Shown piece after piece: positions 1 to 13,670 of a stretch of 64,000 nt of DNA. Positions within the stretch are counted from its first letter, which is position 1. Every line of letters starts with the position of its first letter. The notes under the pieces are model-generated. The model ran no database searches. It saw only the letters and a program-made list of their open reading frames with translations, and was not told the origin of the DNA. This DNA comes from Octopus sinensis (Eukaryota). The stretch is taken from contig NC_043015.1 in assembly GCF_006345805.1 (NCBI RefSeq), positions 8,990,001 through 9,054,000 on the forward strand, read 5' to 3'. The position numbers and the translations under genes are program-made.

Positions 1-210
1 TGTATATGTTTGTGTGTTTGATTTTCTATCCCAACATCGCTTGACAACCGATGGTAGTGTGTTTATGTCCCCGTAACTTAGCGGTTTGGAAAAAGAGACC
101 GATAGTATAAGAACTAGGCTTACAAAGAATAAGTCCTGGGGTCGATTTGCTCGACTAAAGGCGGTGCTCCAGCATGGCCACAATCGAATGACTGAAACAA
201 GTAAAAGAGA
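1..210 (+). mobile_element. 3' half of tRNA-derived SINE (Octopus-type), cut by window edge
   Basis: ttgacaaccgatg...gtccccgtaacttagcggtt...ggggtcgatttgctcgactaaaggcggtgctccagcatggcc...tgactgaaacaagtaaaaga; same family as 62697-62965; recognised from memory. Confidence 0.85.
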
Positions 211-473
211 TAATGAGAAAGAGTATATAGACATATATATATATATACGTATATATATAATTATCTACGAGATAACACCATGCTGAAAGTAGCAGCCATG
301 ATCTGACTCTAAAACCACCTTAATTGTCCATGTATCAACATAGAGAGAAAACAAAGAGATAAGATGAAGCTAGTAAAAAATTACTGGTTAATTCTAGATC
401 CGGATTTCTGACTTTGCATTTATGAATGCTTTGCCTCGTCAGTAGAATACACACAGAATAAACATAAATACAT

Positions 474-518
<45 letters not shown>

Positions 519-719
519 TAGTATATATATATATTATATATATATATATATAATAGTATATACAGCATACGATACTTACATATACCAACGTATACCCACA
601 TATATATGAAGGTATGCATCAAGGCCAGTTCAAAATATCCGGCGCTTAATTTCGTGTGAGATATGGTCAAATTATCGCCACAGTAAATACAGTGACGAAA
701 GTAATTTAAATTTATATAA

Positions 720-812
720 ATAAGGATAAGATCGTTAATTTAAAAGTTTTCCATGCTGACCACTTAATAAAATGTTTCCTTTTAATTTTTAAATTACCGA
801 TCTTATCCTTAT
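720..812. repeat. 26-bp inverted repeat (1 mismatch) with 41-nt spacer, MITE-like
   Basis: ataaggataagatcgttaatttaaaa (720-745) versus ttttaaattaccgatcttatccttat (787-812). Confidence 0.8.
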
Positions 813-964
813 ATACATATATATACACACACATGCACCCCCTGTATATACATACATGTTAGAAGTAAATAGACACACATGAAACATCGTTTTATGTTTA
901 TTCTAACTTGTAACGTTTTATGATTCTTATATATATTTCAGATTCTATATGTGATTGTTTAATC

Positions 965-1919
965 ATGCCTTGTACAAAAGAAGCATTGGAACCGTCTGAG
1001 TTACAAAGAGACCGTATTGTGGATCATTCTGAAGGGGCGTATAGTCAGCGTAAATAGCAAACAACTTAGTGATCACGCTTTCTCCACTTAATATGGTGCA
1101 ATACACAAGAGAGGGGAAGGAGTCCACATCCCCTTGTCCATGTCAACCAGGTTTCTCTGACAGGATCCTTCTCTTTTCTAAGAGAAGTGCGAGTGATAAT
1201 CCTGGTTTCAAGACCTCTGAAATAGCTGAGCAAGTTCCAGAACAGCTGGCAGGTATCTCCACAAACCTGGTTACTATGGCAGAGCAGGAGGTATTAAGCT
1301 ACATCTTTCACCAGCCAATATGAAGCGGAAAAAATATTGCAGCAGTGAGATGGTGTAAAGACCATTAGCAATTTGTGACACTCTCATATCCTCTGATGAG
1401 ACCATATTTGCTGTATTTCCTGACAGTGTTCGAGTGTGTGTCTTGAAACTTTGTGATCAAGAAATTGAGGTGAAAAGACTGCAGCCATCAATGAAGCACA
1501 GCAGTTGCTGGATTGTGAAGGAAAGATAAATTCAAATAAATATGTGTCCATATTGCAGAAAGGACTCCTTCGAAACATCTCCAGTGGTGAAATAATTAAA
1601 GAAGAAACTATATGTGGAATATGGGATTCCTTGTCACACGGTTAAAATACAACAAGATTTGTTAGAAAGGAATGGCATTAGAAAGTTTCCATAGTCAAGA
1701 CAGTCACCAGACGTGAACCCTATAGAATACCCTCGGGGCATAATGGACAGGACATTTCATAAACAGAAAAAGAAATCACCTTCAAAGCCAGATCTCTTGA
1801 AATTATTGCATGAAACGTAGCTAGAAATTCTTCAAGAAAATATTCACTCTCTGATCAGTAACATGCCTGATAGGGCACTTGCATTGAAAAATACAAATTG
1901 CATGTCTACTAAATATCAA
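965..1919 (+). pseudogene. Degenerate Tc1-family DDE transposase
   Basis: MPCTKEALEPSELQRDRIV N-terminus, SDETIFAVF first Asp, QSPDVNPIE (Tc1 SPDLNPIE) near 1700-1730, C-terminal MPDRALALKNTNCMSTKY; many stops and frameshifts; TIRs not convincingly seen. Confidence 0.85.
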
Positions 1920-2119
1920 ATGTTCACATTATAACAACTAAGAAATAATTTTAATGTATAATTTCAGATTTAAATGAATTTTAATTATTATAAGTCTATT
2001 TTGTTTAATATATCTCACTGTGAATCTCATTGAAGTTTATGAGAACATTTGATTGTTTAAACATATTTGGCCGATTTCTACTTTGTAATTTTAAACTCCG
2101 TTACTATCACGTTGTATTA

Positions 2120-2325
2120 CATATATATATATGTGTGTGTGTGTGTGTGTATGTGTGTGTGTGTATGTGTACGTGTGTGTATGCGTGTGTGTATGTATGC
2201 GTATGTATGTGCATCATTCATAAATTAAAATTATTGAAACTATTGTTGTGTAATCTTACATCAATCTATCTAAACCAACTGCACATTATTTCAAATTCTG
2301 GCACTTACATATATATATATACATA

Positions 2326-2364
<39 letters not shown>

Positions 2365-2402
2365 ATATATATATTATATATATATATATTATGTATATAT
2401 AT

Positions 2403-2446
<44 letters not shown>

Positions 2447-2530
2447 ATGTATGTATATTATGTATCTATATATATATATGTGTGTGTGTGTATGTATATG
2501 TGTGTGAGAGTATGTGAGTGTGCATGTCTG
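2120..2530. repeat. Compound (TA)n/(TG)n microsatellite block
   Basis: Direct inspection. Confidence 0.9.
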
Positions 2531-2544
2531 TACGTATCCATTCC

Positions 2545-2670
2545 TGTAATACAGCGTTTTGGCAAAAGGAATCGAAAGAATAAGAAGTAGACTTGAAATA
2601 AATTTTGGGAATTTATTCCACTCAGACACTTCAAGGCGGAGTAAAATGACTGAAACAAGTAAAAGATAAA
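2545..2670 (+). mobile_element. Degenerate SINE 3' remnant
   Basis: ttcaaggcgga...aatgactgaaacaagtaaaaga tail shared with 1-210. Confidence 0.6.
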
Positions 2671-3050
2671 TGATGTTACACCAGTTTTCGATTAACATTC
2701 ATATTTAATATATATTCTCAAGTTAACAAAATAACAGCAAATTTCACACAAATTTTATAAATTACACAAATTATGAACAATGTGTCATACATAATTTAGT
2801 GAAACCTACGAAGTGTATTACTGTACAATTGGGAAAATAACAATGATTATTTAAACTGTTATATAACTATTTAATCGTAGTATTGAAATTATCTCGATCA
2901 ATACTTTGTATAACTTTAATCTCAGCTACTACCATATCAATTAGTGTGAGTTACTAGTTGATATATATTTAAATAAATATCCGTGTAAATTATCCTAGAG
3001 AAGTAAGTTCGAAAATCGTGTGATATAACATTGTGCATATATATATATAT

Positions 3051-3141
3051 ATTTCTTTACTACCCACAAGAGGCTAAACACAGAGGGGACAAACAAGGAC
3101 AGACAAAGGATTAAGTCGATTCCATCGACCCCAGTGCGTAA
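3051..3141 (-). mobile_element. Truncated SINE 3' portion
   Basis: atttctttactacccacaagaggctaaacacagaggggacaaacaaggacagacaaagg...atcgaccccagtgcgtaa, nearly identical to 30797-30890. Confidence 0.85.
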
Positions 3142-4809
3142 ATATCCTACAACCAAACTTGTCTTTTCTTTCCTTAGTCGTATCAAAATATAACCGAACT
3201 TACGAAATGGATACTGAAATATTTAAGTTATTCGCTTATTTTCTTTTCGGGAGCATACATTTCCAAATACAAAACGATGGTATATTTATTAAACGCTATA
3301 TTCAGATATAATGGAGTATTTCTAAACGAGTTTCAACTTAAATATTATGAATTCTATAACTTCTACAAGCAAAACGAAATGTAAAATGGAGATTTACTTT
3401 TCTGTATATAAAGAAATATTCACCTCATTTATTGAAAAGAGAATGTTAAACGTATAAAATGCATTATGGTGAAAACTGCTTCGCTTTTTCCGTAATATAA
3501 ACGAAAAATTTAAACTAGACAAAAATCATATTAGATAATTAAATGCATACCATAAAATAATTTCATATAAGAAACAAGACTAAAAATGATTTCAGTACAA
3601 ATATCACCACAGTAGATAAAGAGGTAATATTATTTTAACGTATTTGAATATGAAAATTGAACTTTCAACAATCCACTTCAGATCGGAAAACTGAAACATT
3701 TGAAGTAAAATTTTACTCAATTAGATTTTATAATTGGATATCAAGATACGTTATGCTGAATCATGCCTTTGAAAAGATTTTGTTGTAGCACACGAGGACG
3801 ATTATGTTAACAATGATATCATCTACTGATTTTGTTTAACTTCATTTATTTATATTAACCAAGTAGGAAACCGTTAAGCCAATTGCATTATCAATTGTTT
3901 GATTCATCGTTCAGTCAATAAATCAGACAGATAAAATTGTGAATTTATTCTCATCGGTATTCGCGACGTTATCATTGACATGGCCTCTCTATTTAAGGTC
4001 TGTTGTTTACGAATTTGATAGCTATTCAGTTCATAAATTCATTTTGCAATACTCTGCACTATGAATCTATAAGCAACAGATGTATATTTACATAAAACTC
4101 TCACCCTATCACATTCAACAGTATATTCTAAAAATGGAATTTAATTACCATAGATACATGCAACGTTTCCTAGACGCACAATCGATGTTGCCCTACATGA
4201 TTCGAGTAAAATATCTCAAATTTACTTCAATTTAATTCCAAATGAAAATAAATCGTACCCATGTGAGAGCGCTGAAAATTATTTTGAGTAACACATGAAA
4301 GGATTATCAGAGAGAAAGAGATCGTCAGTAAATATGCGAATTTTGCATATGAACACATATATACACATATATAAGTACATGTTCAGACACACATACACAC
4401 GCACGCACAAACGCATAAAGACGCATACGTGTGTATATATATATATATATATATATATGGTTCCGTGGTAGGGACCGAGGTATACGTATGAAACACTGTA
4501 TTCAAATACAATACATTTCAAGTGATCAATATGAATGCCGTGATGTACAGGTGTATCAAATATAACAATAGATGACATCTTGAATATAAAGTTAAAGAAT
4601 GAGTTTCTATGATTTCTTTGACCTTCTTTAGAATTTCGAAAATTCTCTTCTCGCTTCAGTCAATAAATATCGAATCTATTAAGTTACTTTGCAGACATTT
4701 TAAATCGAATCTTTGAACTATGGACTTTACTGTTTGTTTTTCCTGGCAAAACCTATTAGAACGATACGTTTAACTTTAAATGCAAGTCTACAATAAAGAA
4801 TAAAGTATA

Positions 4810-4861
<52 letters not shown>

Positions 4862-5143
4862 ATATCTATATATATATATATCTAAAAATAATATATATAT
4901 ATACATGTATATATGTGTGTGTATATGTATGCGCACGTGTGTGAGTGCATGTGTGAGCTTGTTTTATGTATATATATGTACGAGCATATACATATATATA
5001 GGTGCATATTCTTGTGTACTCGCACACACATACACGCAATAATGTGTATACATACCAATATATGCATACATCTATAGCTATCTCTATATACATTATGTGG
5101 GCGTATGTGTGCGTATGAGCATATATATATATTTATGTATATA

Positions 5144-5185
<42 letters not shown>

Positions 5186-5567
5186 ATACATATATAGAGA
5201 TACACACACACACACACACATATATATTATATATATATATATATAATATATATATATATATACTTACATACATACACATAAATACAGAGAGAGTTTGAGA
5301 GGAAGATATGCTTATAAATCAAATCTGAGTCGCAATCTTAATACCATGAATGGGTAGACGAAGACAAGAGAAATATTATTGTAAAATGGAATATATAAGT
5401 ACAGATGTGAGATAGTAGCTACAAAATTTATGCATAACATTATGATAATATCGTAGACAATATGAAGTCGAGACCATATTTCTATAATGTAAATATAACT
5501 CTCTCTGTCTTTCCTACTCCTTCTCTACCTCTCCCTCACTGTATCTCTGTATGTACCCCTCTATCCC

Positions 5568-5569
<2 letters not shown>

Positions 5570-5649
<80 letters not shown>

Positions 5650-5681
5650 GATCTATCTATCTATCTATCTCTATCTATCTA

Positions 5682-5712
<31 letters not shown>
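5570..5712. repeat. (TATC)n followed by (CT)n microsatellite
   Basis: Direct inspection. Confidence 0.9.
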
Positions 5713-5797
5713 TTATATATATATATGTATATATATATTGCATAAATATATATTACCTACCTCTCTCTATCTCTCTTTCTATCTATGTATGCATATT

Positions 5798-5841
<44 letters not shown>

Positions 5842-5919
5842 TACGAAAATATATATTATCTACTTCTCTATCTATCTTGAAATATATATTATATATATTA
5901 TAATGTATGCATATATATG

Positions 5920-5978
<59 letters not shown>

Positions 5979-6345
5979 ACATACTACCTATATATATGTG
6001 TGAGACTGTGTGTGTGTACACTTTTAACGTTGTGTAACTGATTACACTATAGAAAATAAGACAAGGATTATGCTGATGTAGACGTAAAGCTGTATCTGTG
6101 AGCAATACCGAAATGCTTATGAAAAAATTGATGATCATCGTCTCTTACATATTCATTATTTGTGTCTGATAATGGAAAGAAATATCATTATTCCGTCTGT
6201 CATTGGTATTGTTGTCGATATTTTACAGTTAATTATTTTGTTCAATTATCTAATCATATTAAAATATTGGTTGTTGTTCTTGTTGTTATCATTATTATCA
6301 TTTTTATTATTATGATTATTATTATTTTTGGTATTTTTATTATTA

Positions 6346-6403
<58 letters not shown>

Positions 6404-6849
6404 GTATTTTACGTCTTTTCATTATAGTTTACATTTCTTGCCGAGCGTCTTCCCGACATATAAGGCAAAGCAGCTTACTGCATACATTGGTACACCATGA
6501 AAATAAAGATTTAAAAGTAGAGTTTTAGGAAGTCCACTTATAAAATAGAAATAATTAGAAAAAAGAAAACGAGAAAGCAAATGAAAGGCAAAAAAGAAAG
6601 AGAGAAGAAGTAAAATTTTAAACGAAAACGATAAAAAATAAAAGAGAAAATTTCACGAATGCTTTCCGTCATGATTTAACTTCCTTGATACCTTGTCAAC
6701 TGTCGTATTTCACCGAGTAGCAAGTTACATCAAGCGTAATAAGGTAAATATTTTGTCAGTTATTTTATGCATCTGAAAGAAATGTCATTGTTTTTTCTTG
6801 TTGAAATCATCCACAGTATTCACATTTCTCTAGACAAAACCTTGTATTT

Positions 6850-8720
6850 CATATGTTCTCAAGTATCGCCGCTACATTCACGTCCGCGGAAAAAGCCTCA
6901 TATATGATGATGCTTATTTCCTCTCCTTACGCCGAACCATAATATCTGGTCGTCTTATTTCAAGTCCCCAATGAGTATGCATATCATAACCCGATAAGAT
7001 ATTTCCTGGCCGCTCTATGTTGCAGTTTCTCGTCAGTCTTGGTACCAGTTTATTCAGACTATAAAACTTATTGACCTTAGGAACCTAGGTGCATTTGAGG
7101 CAGACAAAATCCTCTGTCAAGGAAGGAAGTATAAGTTGAGGAATGAATATCTCGATGTAGTGTCAGCATCGGTATTATTTTTGTGCCAAGAGACTATGAG
7201 TATAACGGAATCCTCTTTTTCATTACTTATTCCACGTTTTGTACTTTTCCGAATTTCTCTATGGTTGTTTTGTTAATGCTCGTCTGCTATGGCTTGTTTT
7301 TTGAGCAGCCATTATAAATCCTTCGGCTACTTAAGTGTTTCATTCTTCGGCCATAATCTATATTCTAGTGCTGCGACGTCTTGCGTTTAGTTGAGAGGCT
7401 GACCGTGCAATTCTTTTCCCTAGATATTTCTTTCTCACCCTCGTCCTCTTCATTTCTTGTGTACCTATGCTCTCTCCGTAACTTGTTTCTCTTCTCTGAA
7501 AACTGAAATGAGTTCTTCCAAGTTGGTTCTCACATTCTCTGTTGTATCACATTTTGTTATCACTTCACAGTCTTTTATTGATATCACTCCTTTCCTCCCT
7601 CCCTCCTTCCTCCGTCGCTGGTTGGTATAACCTGATGACTGTTTCTGTAGCAATCTGTACACGGGCATTATCTTTCTGGTTTTACAATCTATATCTCTTA
7701 GTTTTTCCATAGTCCAATGTAATTGCTGCTTTTTCTCCATTCAGATTTGAGCTTAACACCATTTTTCTGAGATATTTATTTCTCAACATCTATTTCATTT
7801 TTCACACGGGATTTTGTCTGCCTCCAATAAGCCTAGGTATTTGCAGCTGGGATTTATGTTTTATTCGGGTGTTTAATCTCTTCTTAGATTTTTTGTCTTC
7901 CTTTTGCCAGCGTTGGACATTTTTTGTTCCAAACTCCATGTCAGCTTCATCACTCTATGAATCTGAACCGTTGGATCTAAAGCCTCACATTTTTGGCACA
8001 TAGAATCATATCATACATAAACAGAACGTAAGTTATTTTCTCGCCATTCATAGCCCTTCTCGTGGTTAATAACATATGTACAACAACGAATAGCAGTGGT
8101 GAGAGTGCACCGCCATAGAATATTTCCTATCTTACGCTAACTTCAGCTAATGTGACAGCATACTGAAAAAAAACTCAGCTGTCTCAAATCTACTAAGCCA
8201 TAATTAGGAGCCATGACTGTGGCATATACCTCTTGGAAACCAGTCTATGCCGTCGCAGAGTTTTTGTTCCTTCTGGTGTCTTATAGAACTTGTTGATCGT
8301 TATATGAATAGAATGTTGTTCCCTTTGGAACATTTCCTACATACTCTCTGGATATTTTTATATTCTTCACAATAATACCTGTTATCAACTTCCACATCAG
8401 TGGAAGATAACTAATTGGTCGGAGTTATATGATTTCTTTTGATCTTTCAATAAAAACGTTGGATTGTGTTTCCTTTCGTGGCTCCAAATTGATCTTTAGA
8501 ATACTTTTGTCCGTTTGTAAAAGTTATTTGCCTAAACTGTTCAATTCTGTTAGTGTATTTGGTGATCTTGTGGGCGTTCGCCTTTATCGTTTGCTTAGTT
8601 ATTCCAATATACTCCTATACCGTTTCTGTTTCTTTCAGTACACTTATTGGATTGTTTCATGGAACTTAGTTTTTAATGTATTCCCGTTCTCTTCCCGACC
8701 GGTACTTATGCGCCACGTTT
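6850..8720 (-). mobile_element. Decayed R4/Dong-like non-LTR retrotransposon (RT plus restriction-like endonuclease)
   Basis: Minus strand: ITYVLFMYDMILCAKN (cf. INHLLFMDDLKLYAK), WTMEKLRDIDCKTRKIM...RKEGGRKGVISIKDC, EGFIMAAQ, RRPDIMV; heavily frameshifted. Confidence 0.8.
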
Positions 8721-8746
8721 GATATTTAGTTAATATTTTTGTGTAT

Positions 8747-8783
<37 letters not shown>

Positions 8784-9779
8784 ACCTTTTAATGAGTTTT
8801 GACTAATTCCACTATCCTGGTGTAACCAACAACAGGAAGAATGAACTAATTCTTGCAATCTGTTATGCTTCTTCATGAACTTAACGTCATTGGCAACTAA
8901 CACTTCATATTTACAACCTGAATTTTGGTTGGTCCATGCACTTTGGATTTTAAAATCAATTTGTATTACCCACAGAAAACCACGCCACTAATATGATGCC
9001 AACATATCAAGTTTGGTAGCGAGCAAAATGAGTTAGTATGACTTATTTAGGTATACTACAACTCACCACTAAAGCGGTGACAGTATCGAGCCAACTCATA
9101 TGCAAGCACTAACACCAAGTGGCAGGAACTCACCATAAGAGGCCTAACAATTTCCACTGTTCGATAGAACATGATGCCTAATGTCCGTAGAGGATTCCTT
9201 AGTGAGGCCATCATGAAGGTCAGTAGTTTCCAAATAGACTTTCTCGTTTCTACTCGCTGAGGGAGTACCTGCGCTAAAGATCAGTAATATTGTCATTATG
9301 CTGTGACTATAAACAGGTAATGTGTTTTTAATAATTTCCAGACTGTTGTTCAAATCATCTCAATGCAGCTAAACGTTTGATGTTATACCTCATTCGAACG
9401 AGTACAAAGTTTTTAATGTCTTCCGTATCTTAGCTGTTTCTATTCTGCGTTAAATGCAGGGTTTTGAGCCTGATGATGTGTCTAATATCCGCGAAGTGAA
9501 AACCATTACTCTAAGACCGTAACTAATTATGAAGCGAAAGCATAACTAAATATCTGTACGATATCGAATACATCACATGCATATATGCATTTGCTTCAGA
9601 ATATGTGCGACTGTGAGCGCGGGCGTGCCTGCGTGTGCGTGGGGTGGCGTACAGTTCTTTAAATGTAACTCATAAGAAAAGAAGTAACCACTTAGATTTG
9701 TTCTGCCATTTCATAGTACTCTTGCTGTTTGTTGTGTTAATTGTTTATTTTAAAAATCTTAATGATTATATGTGATATT

Positions 9780-9930
9780 AAGGCGGTAACCTGACAATAG
9801 TTAGCACGTTGAGATTTATGTCAGGACTTTACCTTTGACTTTCGCGTTAATAATTTTTGGCTTGATAAAATCATTACGAGTTGAGCTCTGGGTCCGCTGT
9901 GATCGACCTGCTTGCTACCCTGAATTTGAA
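9780..9930 (+). mobile_element. Highly degenerate SINE
   Basis: ggcggtaacctgacaatagttagcacg head and ctggg...gatcgac remnants. Confidence 0.4.
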
Positions 9931-10890
9931 GACTTTATACCAAAATTGTTGTCCCATATATGTATATGTAATTACAGGACGATTTACACATAACTAGATT
10001 CAAATCTTCGTCAGTTGAAATTCTGTAACAAAACAGATAGTTATTTAATTATTTTCTTTGTCTTCAGGAGAGAAACTAGTGCTGACAAATAAGTCCCATG
10101 GACTCATTAGCCAATATATTTTAAAGGTGACGTATGGTTTTTGGAAGAAGTAGCAAAATTAATAGTATGGGCTATGTTTTCCCTTAAGTTGGCTTTGTGA
10201 ATTACACAGGTGATTTAGCTGTTTTTTCTAACACACAAACAACCCATATATATTTCACGGATGAATGACTCGTTACTTCTATTTCTTCTAAGCATTACTC
10301 ACATGGTGACGTACAACAGTTACACATAATGAAGGTTAATCATTTTCCATTATATTTGATTATCTATCACACAAGATATTTTCATTATGCACATCACCAA
10401 ATTAACCTTCGTGTAAAATACATAGAAATAACATTGTTAATTACAATGACGTGATACATGAAGCTCGGTCTAATTCAATATAATTTTTTTACAATAAAGA
10501 AGAATGAAGGTTTTCGTTTTTTTTATTTTAAAGAGCAAAGAATTGTTTCTCAAATATCATTTACGCGTCTTCTATTCCATATATTATCTATATTACACAC
10601 TTCGTTTGATATTACCTGTTGTGAATATAAATTTGCTTGTGCTTTTATATCATACACAGTAACACAGACATACGGATCAACAAAAAGCATTCAAGAAATC
10701 AGTCTAGAATGATGTGAAAATAGTGGAAATTCAATATCATTATTTTAGAAGGGGTCTTTGTACGATAGCTTTTAATTAGAATTCATTGCAGGAAAAGTAA
10801 GACTGTTGAAGGTTAATTCGGTTAATTTGCTTGATTACACTGATATCAACATATGTGTGTTTACACACACACCGACGCACACACACATAT

Positions 10891-10933
<43 letters not shown>

Positions 10934-12599
10934 TAATATATATATATATACTGATGACTTTTACGTACGCGCACACGGACACCCAGATACCAGACATGCT
11001 TGCATTTATACCTTTGAAAAATATATTTATAAAAATAACTACCATGCCAAATGTTTAGATTTAATAATCCTTTAAGCGCAAAACTATAAAATATTCCCTC
11101 CCATTACCACACGACTAAAAAAATCGGTTGAGGATGCTATTGTGAAATTTAATTTCAAACATATATTCACTTAAGTGATAAAAGGAAAGCGCGTCGGGCG
11201 TAGAAAGAGAAACTGTGAAAACTACAGGAAGCCTAATATATAATAAGAAACTTTATAATACCAAAATAAACGTTTCTTTTGCTTTGATTTAAAAAAAAAA
11301 ATTATCGAATATTTTTGAAATATTTTTAGGTTGTATATTGATTGTTACACCTTTTTCGCTAGGAATAACTGCAGCCAATGAAAGTAAGTGAAACATGGTA
11401 TTTGGAAAGTAATCGAGTGGGGAAAGAATAAAGGTAATGACTAACGAAACACACTGAGAGTTGAGTGAGAGAGTGGTGATAAGAGAAAGTGAGAAACGTT
11501 AAAAGAATGAGATATTCTATAATATAATAAAACAAATGGGAATTAAAATGAAAAAGAAGGAAGACATCTTAAATGGAAGAAAGCTAGAAAAATAACAAAG
11601 ATGAAGACTGAAGTTCACACATTTTCATGAGAGTGAAATGAACTTTCGATGCATAAAGTTTAGAGACAAACGAATACACAAAGAGAAAAAAATGAAGCTA
11701 AAAATGATATATATATCTAAACAAGAGATAATCAATGCAAAAACAAAATCTACACACTTTCTAAAACATATAAAGTAGAGATTAATAAAGCAAAGACAGT
11801 GAATTATAGACAAATATGCAAAATGAATAAATATTTGTATATGAAAAAAGGCAAAGAAGGATCAATGAAGTGATGAATTATTTTAGACTTTCTTTGCTAA
11901 CGGCAAAATTAAACCTGTGAGAAGCGTCTACGAAGAAGAGTTATACGCACTCAACACTTTTGAATATATGTTTAGTAACTGTCTCCGATAAATCCTACAG
12001 CTGTCTTAATCTGAAGTTTATATTGTCTCAGTAACGTTTAATGCGTATCTGTAACGCAGATCATGGCATATATTATTAAGAATATGATTTCTATGAAGCG
12101 TCTTGGGTTGATGATACTCGAACGAGGTGCGGAAAATGAATTCAAAGTTTTTATTTTCTGTGAACGTTATGGTTTTAAATAGCATTGAACCATGATGATG
12201 ATGACCATCATCATCATAATCATCAATGGAAAGTTGATGATGATGATGATGATGATGATATAGACAACTACTATGTATCAATGGAGGCGATGAGTATGTA
12301 GATAATTATAATGATGATGTGGACGAAGAGAAGGAGGTGAGAGAGAGTAATACATTAAATTAAACAGTTATGTTATACTGAAGAGGTACAAAATTTGCGT
12401 TGATGATGATGATGATGATGAGTCGGTAGAGGAGGAAGAGGCAGATGAAGCTTATGAAAACTCTGGAAATGAGAATATGAAGACAATGGCTAAATGGAAC
12501 GATAAAAATATATAACAAAAAAGCGACTACTTCAGGTGATTCGACAAAATAGTAGATTGCTATAAATTTACAAATTAAAACGTTTCAAGAAGTATGAAA

Positions 12600-12910
12600 C
12601 AAACGAAGAAGAAAAAGAAGAAGAGGGAGAAGAAGAAGTAGAAGAGGAAAGAAGAAGAAAAAGAAGAAGTGGAAGAAAAAGAAGAGGTGGAAGAAAAAGA
12701 AGTAGAAGAAGAAGAAGAAGAAGAAGAAGAAGAAGAAGAAAGAAGAAAGAAGAAGAAGAGAAGAAGAAAAGAAGAAAGAAGAAGAGAAGAAGAAGAAGAG
12801 AGAAGAAGAAGAAGAAGAAGAAGAAAAAGAAGAAGAAGAAGAAGAAGAAAAAGAAGAAGAAAGAAGAAGAAGAAGAAGAAGAAGAAGAAGAAGAAGAAGA
12901 AGAAGAAGAG
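12600..12910. repeat. ~310-bp (GAA)n-rich polypurine array
   Basis: Direct inspection; source of the spurious E/R/K ORF 12669-12923. Confidence 0.95.
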
Positions 12911-13339
12911 GAATCTTTGTTAGAAAATTAGTAATATGATGATGGCGGAGAAGTATTAAGAGAAGAGGAAAGAAGAAAATTTAGTGAGAAGAAGTGGGTA
13001 GATGATGAGAAAAAGTGAAGGAAAGAAAACCGCATTATTCGATACAATAATACAGAATAAAAATATAATGTAGGCAAATATATATTGCTGTGTTTGCTTA
13101 CACTTAAAATGCATATATATAACATGCAAAATATTCTCTGGAGTAGACACTATACTTTGTAACTGCGATAGAAATGCAGTTAATTACATATAATATATCA
13201 TTTACCTGGCTATTTCTTTACAATAAAAATAAGATGAAAATTGTCTAATATGCCACATATATTTCAATATATTTTTGTAGGTGTTGTATTGGTTAATCTC
13301 CTCGAAGATAAAATTTAATATCCCGAAAGTCGTATCACT

Positions 13340-13670
13340 GTACGAGGATGGGATAAAATAAGTCATATTCTGTCTATGAAGGCGCGGTACTAGAGTTATG
13401 CATTAATATCGATACTTATCATTGATTCTTACTAGGTAAACTAATATCTGACTGTTCAAAGAATACTTGAAACGTAACTGGTTGCAACGGTAGATATGAC
13501 ATCTTAATCATTGCGATACAGCTTCCCAGCGAGGTTATTTTTCTTTTCATTTTGGGGAGTAGATGATGGTCGAATAGGGCCAGTTCAGAAGAATATGTCG
13601 TGTGATCAACCTGTTCAAAGCCACAGTTTCGCACAGTAGCCATTGAATTCACAAACTGGATCTTGGCCCT
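13340..13670 (-). pseudogene. mariner transposase C-terminal fragment
   Basis: CGFEQVDHTTYSSELALFDHHLLPKMKRK resembles GFELVDHPPYSPDLAPSDFHLFPKMK. Confidence 0.75.

Noticed and set aside
1393-1399. CTGATGA hammerhead core heptamer
   Set aside because: It encodes the SDE catalytic motif of the Tc1 fossil; no stem II or GAAA follows
3789-3829. Possible terminal exon (x)HEDDYVNNDIIY* with downstream AATAAA
   Set aside because: Too short, no upstream partner exon, expected by chance in AT-rich DNA
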